This document shows positions 48,532 through 55,026 of a stretch of 64,000 bases of DNA, piece after piece. The stretch is from Sediminibacterium sp. GTDB lineage: Bacteria; Bacteroidota; Bacteroidia; Chitinophagales; Chitinophagaceae. The DNA is taken from positions 9,300 through 73,299 of the forward strand of contig JBBAJQ010000002.1 of NCBI GenBank assembly GCA_040403945.1, written 5' to 3'. Position 1 is the first letter of the stretch, and each line of letters opens with the position of its first letter. The notes below the pieces were generated by a model, which saw nothing but the letters and a program-made list of their open reading frames with translations, was not told where the DNA came from and made no database searches. The position numbers were made by a program, and so were the translations under genes.

Positions 48532-48927
48532 TTAACGAATAAGCGCCGGATATTTTTCGGCGATCGGTTGCTTTTTCACAATCAGTACCCGTTCTTTATC
48601 TAGCAGTAAATACCCATATTCGTAACAGAAATAGTAGAGTTGTCCGTTCCGATTGGTATAGGTATGAGTGAAATATTGAAAGCGAAACCCCATACTGAAT
48701 AAGCGATATTGCGGAGCCCGGGCCATAAAGCGATGATTCATCAGTAAGCGTTCTAAAATTTTTCTATTTTTTCGCAAATTCTGGTTGATGTTGCGCACAT
48801 ATTCGTGGGTTTCGCAGTATTGTTGGTTGTTAAATACATTGCGGCAATATTCATCACAATACTTTTTGTCTGCCCTGCCCCGAACCACTTCTCCGCAGGC
48901 AAGGCATTTTTTAGCTGTCTCCGACAT
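48532..48927 (-). CDS. Zinc-ribbon hypothetical protein
   Basis: N-terminal CLACGE..x..CDEYC (C4), followed by a Tyr/Phe-rich C-terminal domain. I recognise no family. Confidence 0.5.
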   Translation of the reverse strand: MSETAKKCLACGEVVRGRADKKYCDEYCRNVFNNQQYCETHEYVRNINQNLRKNRKILERLLMNHRFMARAPQYRLFSMGFRFQYFTHTYTNRNGQLYYFCYEYGYLLLDKERVLIVKKQPIAEKYPALIR

Positions 48928-49152
48928 ATTTTTTCTTTTAAGCAAATGCTAAAATAAAAACCTACAACGCTGCCAGCTACCGTATTTATACGCGTAATTA
49001 ATTCGATGCAGGCCGATTTCTATTGATCACTAAGCGTTTTTAAGCACTTATATCCGCTTATAAGCGTTTAAAATTCGCTTACCGCTTTTCAGCCGATTCA
49101 TATTTGTGGCGTAAATGCAGCTCAGCTGCTATTAATAATTAAACCTATTTAT

Positions 49153-49491
49153 ATGAATCAGGTAAAAAACAAAGTACAGTTGATTGGTCATCTGGGTCAG
49201 GATCCTGACATTAAAACATTTGACAACGACAAAAAAGTAGCTAATATGAGTTTAGCTACCAGTGAGCAATATAAAAACGCTCAGGGTGAAAAAGTAACCG
49301 AAACACAATGGCATTCGGTAGTTGCCTGGGGTAAACTGGCGGAAATAGCCGAAAAGTATCTGGTAAAGGGTACGGAAGTTGTGGTGGAGGGGAAACTGGT
49401 GAATAAAAATTATACCGACAAGCAAGGTGTCAAGCGATATGTAACCGAGGTGCAGGCCAATGAGTTGCTGATACTTACCAAAAACAAATAA
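49153..49491 (+). CDS. ssb: Single-stranded DNA-binding protein, short form without the acidic C-terminal tip
   Basis: OB fold: NKVQLIGHLGQDPD...TQWHSVVAWGKLAE...G..V.VEGKL. It ends ...LLILTKNK. Confidence 0.8.
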   Translation: MNQVKNKVQLIGHLGQDPDIKTFDNDKKVANMSLATSEQYKNAQGEKVTETQWHSVVAWGKLAEIAEKYLVKGTEVVVEGKLVNKNYTDKQGVKRYVTEVQANELLILTKNK

Positions 49492-49579
49492 GTGGAGCCG
49501 TGGCGCGTCCGGAGCAAGGCAACAGCAGCCGGATCGGGAAGGGTAGGGTAACGTGTTATGTTGTTAGTTGGATGGTTAG

Positions 49580-49587
49580 TATCTTTG
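49580..49587 (+). promoter_or_regulatory. -7 box TATCTTTG only 4 nt from the comB ATG
   Basis: Matches TAnnTTTG and implies a leaderless or near-leaderless mRNA. Confidence 0.4.
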
Positions 49588-49591
49588 CTGC

Positions 49592-50320
49592 ATGTTATCC
49601 CAACCTCCTGCCCTTCACACGGTTTTATCGCCCCGTTTATTGGACATGTATAATTTGTCTGGAACCATAGTAGTAATTATTGATGTTTTCAGGGCCACTT
49701 CCACAATAGCCACTGCTTTGCACAATGGCGCCAGCCGGGTTATTCCGGTGGATTCTGTTGAACAATGTATGCGCATTGGCAATGATACTGGTGGTATTAC
49801 GGCGGGTGAGCGGGATGGGAAAGTGATACCCGGTTTATCGTATGGAAATTCTCCAGCCGAATATCCCCGCTCCTTTATAGAAAACAAAACCCTGGTGCTT
49901 ACTACAACCAATGGAACCCGATTGTTACACAAAGCCCTGCAAAATGGGGCAGCCGATGTAATCACCGGATCTTTTCCCAATTTATCGGCCGTTTGCGATT
50001 ATCTTATTCAGCAAAAAATGCCCGTTGTATTGGGTTGTTCTGCCTGGAAAGACCGCGTGAACATTGAAGATGCGTTATTTGCCGGCGCTGTAATTAACCG
50101 AATAAAAACGCACTTTACTATTCATTGTGATAGTAGCTTGATGGCTGAAAATTTATATGTGCAGCACAGCGAACAATTGCCTGCATTTATAAAGCTAACC
50201 ACACATTGGCATCGGTTGGCTGCGTATGGACTGGAAAAAGATTTGTTGTATTGTGTTACACCCAACGTGGCCAATGTATTACCCCGATATGTAAATGGTG
50301 ATTTGCTCGTTCACAAATAG
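49592..50320 (+). CDS. comB: 2-phosphosulfolactate phosphatase family protein
   Basis: VVIIDVFRATSTI motif; 242 aa. Confidence 0.75.
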   Translation: MLSQPPALHTVLSPRLLDMYNLSGTIVVIIDVFRATSTIATALHNGASRVIPVDSVEQCMRIGNDTGGITAGERDGKVIPGLSYGNSPAEYPRSFIENKTLVLTTTNGTRLLHKALQNGAADVITGSFPNLSAVCDYLIQQKMPVVLGCSAWKDRVNIEDALFAGAVINRIKTHFTIHCDSSLMAENLYVQHSEQLPAFIKLTTHWHRLAAYGLEKDLLYCVTPNVANVLPRYVNGDLLVHK

Positions 50321-50571
50321 TTGCCCAAGCCCTGTAAAGCCCTATGAATTTTCTCTATAGTGAGGGCATTTTCAATAAGTTAAACCCGCACATCTGATAT
50401 AAGCCGGCGAAAGGGAATCCTTTTCCATTATTCATTTGATTACCTACCAATAGATGCCCCTTGTTGGTACTTCTGGCGAAATGAAGTAAGGGTTTTCCAC
50501 AAATTGTTAATGTTCCGGTTAATAATACCCGAAATGAATAATTGGGATTGGGAAAGCCCCCTGCTTTTTGT

Positions 50572-50579
50572 TACTTTTG
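50572..50579 (+). promoter_or_regulatory. -7 box TACTTTTG upstream of the SNF2 gene
   Basis: Matches TAnnTTTG. It lies 69 nt upstream of ATG 50649. Confidence 0.35.
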
Positions 50580-50648
50580 CAACTTGCCCTTTTTTGAAAA
50601 GCAGTGGATACCATTGTTTTGCGGCACGGAGTGAAATGTAAGGAATTT

Positions 50649-53600
50649 ATGGCATTACCCTATCTGATTAAGCACATACACAACAACGGAACCGATGAGG
50701 TGATTCGCAGAGGAAAGCGGATTCATAGCTTAGGGAATGTTGAGCTCATCGAATTCGACGACCTGATGGGGAATGTGGTAATGCGCGTTAAAGACGATGG
50801 GTATGCTACCTACTATAAAATTCATATTAATCGCTACAAAGATCCCGCTACCATCAATCTTCGTTGTACCTGCCCTTATAACTTATCCGAAATCTGCCGA
50901 CATAAAGCCGGCGCACTCTTTCAATTGCAAGATTTGCTGGATAAAAATATGTTGGGGGATAAGGATCTACAATACGATCAGCTGCATACGGTAGTTAAAA
51001 TGAAACAGCTCGACTTGAAGCTAATCCGTATGCTTTCTTCACGGGATAACTTTGAAGAGGCGGAGAATTTTTTGCGCAGTAACCGGGCTACAATTCTGGA
51101 AGCGAAGGATGAATGTGTGATTGCTTCTGTTGAATGGGAAGGAAAAACTTTTCAGGTAATTATCCGAAAAAATGAAGAGCGGAATTTTGATACTAGTTGT
51201 AATTGCGGAACCGAAAAAGAACATCCTTTATGTATTCATAAAGACATTGTTTTTTTACAATTACTGCGCAATTTCGGAGCTACTTATTTTGATACCATTC
51301 GAAATCTGGATAAAGAAAAAAACAAACTACTTTCACTCTATGGCTATTCGCTGAATGATGATTTAACTGGCAAATTTGAATTTACTTATACCGATGGCAA
51401 GCCGTACTTGCGGGTGCTGGATACGTCTATTAAAAGGGTAGCTCAACAACTTACTACTGTTCCCGCACCCGAAAACAGACCAGTTCCGACTCCCGAAACG
51501 GGTAGTTGGCATAAAGAGGCAGCAGCATCTATATCCGATACGGCTCAACAGTTGGGCGTAGTGCTGGCGATGGAGGGCGAACCTTATCAGCCGCTGCAGT
51601 TTATTGCAATTCAGGGTGAGCCGGATGAGGCTAAAACAAAATACATTTCAAAAGTAACGCGGCTAGACATCAGCAAATACATAAATCAGGATGTTTTTAG
51701 CGATGATGATAAAGGCACCCTAGAGTTGCTGAGAAAGTTACAGCCATCCGAAGTGAGTAAGTTTTTGGATAAAAATTCTCCTTTCTCTGGTATCTGGGAA
51801 AATATTATTCACCAGCACGAAGACGGGTTGCCGGATGAAACCAAAGGTCTGGTAATTGAATACTTGTTTCCCCGTATTCGCAAGCTGTTTCGGCAAATGA
51901 ATGGCAGCCCCTATTTTTTTTACCTTACTAAGGGTAAAACATTTACTACTGCCCAGTTAAAAAATGCGGAGGCTATAGAGGAACCGCTAGTGCCGGATTT
52001 TTTAGTAAATTATGCGAATGGGCAATACGAAGTTAGCTGTAGGGTAGTAACACCCGAGGGTATTTTTAGCATTGCCGATAACGTGCTTAGCTCGCCCCTG
52101 TTATTTAACAGGGAGAGTCGTTTTTATCAGTGGCAAAAGAAAGAAGATATACTGCACATCAATAAATTTTTGCCAACCGGATCGGTAATTATTCCTGCCG
52201 CTGCTTGGTCTGAAGCATTAAAGGAGTTTGTTTTACCACTTTCCAGAGAATACCGCGTTCAGTTTAATAATGTATTGAAAGAAGAAGTGAAGGATGAGAA
52301 GCCCGAAATGAAAGTGTTGCTGAAAGAAAAGAACGACAACTTACTGTTTGTTCCGGTATTCAGTTATCGGGGGTATGAAGTGAAAAACGGTGATAAAGCA
52401 CAATTATATATTCCGGCTGCCGATCGGCTATTAATTATTAAAAGAAATTTGCCTGCCGAAGAAGCCTTCTTAGCGAAACTTCGGTCGTTACACTCAGGAT
52501 TTACGGAAGTAGATGGAGGCATCCTTGCACTGAAGGGCGCGGAAGTACTTAAGAATAATTGGTTTTTTCTATTTGTGGATGCTGTTCAGGAGCAAAATAT
52601 TCCGGTATATGGTTTTGAGGCATTAAAAAACTTCCGATTTAATACCGCTAAGCCCTCCACCAAAATTCATATCAGCAGCAATACCGATTGGTTTGATGCA
52701 AAAGTAGAAATTAGTTTTGGCAACCAAAAAATTACAGTAGACGACGTAAAAAAAGCGTTGGCCAACAAGCAACAGTTTGTTCAGTTGCAGGATGGCTCTC
52801 TGGGTATCTTGCCGGAAGAGTGGCTGAAAAAATATGCACTCTTATTCCGCGTAGGAGATGGGAAGGCGGGTAACATGAAGTTGAGTAAGTATCACTTTAG
52901 TGTGATAGAAGAGCTCTATCTGCAGCGCGATGAAGAAGAGTTGTTTTTTCAGCTGGAAGAAAAATATGAACGGCTGCGCGAAAATCACTCTATTAAACCC
53001 ATTGCGCCTCCTCCGCATCTGAAAGAAATTTTGCGACCCTATCAGGAAAGTGGCTTTCAGTGGTTGAATTACCTGCGGGAAGTAAAATGGGGCGGCATCT
53101 TGGCAGATGATATGGGATTAGGAAAAACACTGCAGGCACTAAGTTTTTTGCATCACCTTAAAAAAGAAAATGGCACATTAAAAGCCATGGTGGTTTGCCC
53201 TACCACCCTCCTTTTTAACTGGCAAAATGAAATTTCTAAATTCACGCCGGGTCTTACTTTTTATGTGCATCACGGGGGAACACGCACCAAGGATGGATTA
53301 CTGAACGAAAAAACCGACGTAATTATAACTACCTACGGAACCCTGCGCAGCGATATTCGGCAACTGGTAGAGATATCGTTTGATTATGTGATATTGGATG
53401 AAAGTCAGGCCATCAAAAACCCCTCCAGCAAAGTTACCAGGGCCGCCGGATTACTGAAGGCAACCAACAGGTTATGTTTGAGTGGAACACCGCTACAGAA
53501 CAACACTTTCGACATATTTGCCCAAATGAATTTTTTGAATCCCGGCATGCTGGGGTCGGTAGAATTTTTTAAGCAGGAATTTTCCGTGCCCATTGATAAG

Positions 53601-54419
53601 TTTGGAGAAAAACAGCAAAAAGATCATTTACGGAAACTTTTATATCCCTTTATACTTAGAAGAACTAAAGAACAGGTAGCCCGCGATTTACCGGAAAAGC
53701 AGGAGATGGTTTTGTTTTGTGAAATGGGAGAAGAGCAGCGTAAAATTTATGATGCTTACCGGAACGATTATCGGGATAAAATTTTAGGGGTAGTTGAAGA
53801 GCAGGGCATCCAAAAATCGCAGCTTACCATTTTGCAAGGTCTGATGAAGTTGCGACAGATCTGTGATAGTCCGGCCATTGTAAAAGAAGAAGAACGTTTC
53901 CCGAATGTTTCGGTTAAGCTAGAAGAGATTGGCAGAGAGATTACAGAAAATATTAGTAACCATAAGGCGCTCATTTTCTCTCAGTTTTTAGGTATGCTGG
54001 CACTGATAAAAGAAAAGATGAAAGAACTTGGGGTTGCCTATGAATATTTCGATGGAAGCAGCACAGTGCAGGAAAGGGAAAGGGCCATCCGTAGGTTTCA
54101 GGAGGATGATGAGTGCCGTGTGTTTCTAATTTCTCTAAAAGCAGGTGGGGTGGGATTAAACTTAACGGCCGCTGATTATGTATACATTGTAGACCCTTGG
54201 TGGAATCCTGCTGTAGAGCAACAGGCCATCGACCGAACGCACCGTATTGGACAAACCAAAAATATTTTCGCTTATCGGATGATTTGTACAGATACGGTAG
54301 AAGATAAAATTCTAAAGCTGCAAGAACGTAAGCGCAATCTCGCCCGCGATTTGATTACCGATGATGATGGCTTTGTTAAAAGTCTTACACGGGAAGATGT
54401 GGAGTATCTGTTCAGCTAA
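50649..54419 (+). CDS. SNF2-family helicase with two N-terminal SWIM zinc fingers
   Basis: Two SWIM motifs: CTC-x9-CRH and CNC-x9-CIH. SNF2 motifs: LADDMGLGKT, DESQAIKN and a C-terminal helicase lobe (QAIDRTHRIGQ). ATG at 50649; the track start is a GTG. Confidence 0.85.
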   Translation: MALPYLIKHIHNNGTDEVIRRGKRIHSLGNVELIEFDDLMGNVVMRVKDDGYATYYKIHINRYKDPATINLRCTCPYNLSEICRHKAGALFQLQDLLDKNMLGDKDLQYDQLHTVVKMKQLDLKLIRMLSSRDNFEEAENFLRSNRATILEAKDECVIASVEWEGKTFQVIIRKNEERNFDTSCNCGTEKEHPLCIHKDIVFLQLLRNFGATYFDTIRNLDKEKNKLLSLYGYSLNDDLTGKFEFTYTDGKPYLRVLDTSIKRVAQQLTTVPAPENRPVPTPETGSWHKEAAASISDTAQQLGVVLAMEGEPYQPLQFIAIQGEPDEAKTKYISKVTRLDISKYINQDVFSDDDKGTLELLRKLQPSEVSKFLDKNSPFSGIWENIIHQHEDGLPDETKGLVIEYLFPRIRKLFRQMNGSPYFFYLTKGKTFTTAQLKNAEAIEEPLVPDFLVNYANGQYEVSCRVVTPEGIFSIADNVLSSPLLFNRESRFYQWQKKEDILHINKFLPTGSVIIPAAAWSEALKEFVLPLSREYRVQFNNVLKEEVKDEKPEMKVLLKEKNDNLLFVPVFSYRGYEVKNGDKAQLYIPAADRLLIIKRNLPAEEAFLAKLRSLHSGFTEVDGGILALKGAEVLKNNWFFLFVDAVQEQNIPVYGFEALKNFRFNTAKPSTKIHISSNTDWFDAKVEISFGNQKITVDDVKKALANKQQFVQLQDGSLGILPEEWLKKYALLFRVGDGKAGNMKLSKYHFSVIEELYLQRDEEELFFQLEEKYERLRENHSIKPIAPPPHLKEILRPYQESGFQWLNYLREVKWGGILADDMGLGKTLQALSFLHHLKKENGTLKAMVVCPTTLLFNWQNEISKFTPGLTFYVHHGGTRTKDGLLNEKTDVIITTYGTLRSDIRQLVEISFDYVILDESQAIKNPSSKVTRAAGLLKATNRLCLSGTPLQNNTFDIFAQMNFLNPGMLGSVEFFKQEFSVPIDKFGEKQQKDHLRKLLYPFILRRTKEQVARDLPEKQEMVLFCEMGEEQRKIYDAYRNDYRDKILGVVEEQGIQKSQLTILQGLMKLRQICDSPAIVKEEERFPNVSVKLEEIGREITENISNHKALIFSQFLGMLALIKEKMKELGVAYEYFDGSSTVQERERAIRRFQEDDECRVFLISLKAGGVGLNLTAADYVYIVDPWWNPAVEQQAIDRTHRIGQTKNIFAYRMICTDTVEDKILKLQERKRNLARDLITDDDGFVKSLTREDVEYLFS

Positions 54420-54426
54420 TTTTCGC

Positions 54427-54765
54427 CTATTTTTCTTTTTTCAGCTCAGCAGCTGCAATCATACCCGCAGGATTTTTAATAAACTCCGCTTTACACTCTG
54501 ATGAGCAGAAACCCAGCACGTAGTTATTGTAATGGGCTGTATCGGATATTCCTGCAGACACAGGCATACCGCAGGCAGGGTCTTTTTGGTTGCTGAGCAT
54601 GTCGGGGCTGAAAGTGGAAGCTGTTGCCGGAGCATGCATGGTAGTATCCATTTTATCGGAAGTAGCAGTAGCAGAGGGATTAGTTTCACAGCTACTGAAC
54701 AGCAGTATACTGCCACATAGTAGTGCGAATAACCAAGGTTGTTTGGGGGATGATATTATTTTCAT
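54427..54765 (-). CDS. YHS-domain lipoprotein
   Basis: Lipobox LLFSSC. DPACGMPV...FCSSECKAEF is the YHS/TRASH-type metal-binding motif. Confidence 0.75.
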   Translation of the reverse strand: MKIISSPKQPWLFALLCGSILLFSSCETNPSATATSDKMDTTMHAPATASTFSPDMLSNQKDPACGMPVSAGISDTAHYNNYVLGFCSSECKAEFIKNPAGMIAAAELKKEK

Positions 54766-54996
54766 TGCGTATCGTAATGTGCTGTTGGTGAGGAGTTGAA
54801 CCCTTAATGTTATTAAAGGTATTTACATTTTTTGTTTATTGGGTTTATTTAAAACAAATTCCTGCCAGTTCCCCCGTTTTCAACCTCTATTTGCCTATTT
54901 ATTCTATTTTTCACCGATTAAGGCAAGTGCCTCACCAACTATCAAGGTAGTTTTCCGTTAATATGTTAAACATAGCCGGATCCTGATTGTCTATAG

Positions 54997-55004
54997 TATT
55001 TTTG
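54997..55004 (+). promoter_or_regulatory. -7 box TATTTTTG
   Basis: Lies 22 nt upstream of ATG 55027. Confidence 0.45.
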
Positions 55005-55026
55005 TATTCGGATTATATCAAATATT

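Noticed and set aside
50649-54419. The SNF2 helicase as the core of a defence system (DISARM/Zorya-like).
   Set aside because: There is no adjacent methyltransferase, nuclease, PLD or membrane-anchor partner. The flanking genes are housekeeping, and I noticed no compositional anomaly or mobile-element boundary.
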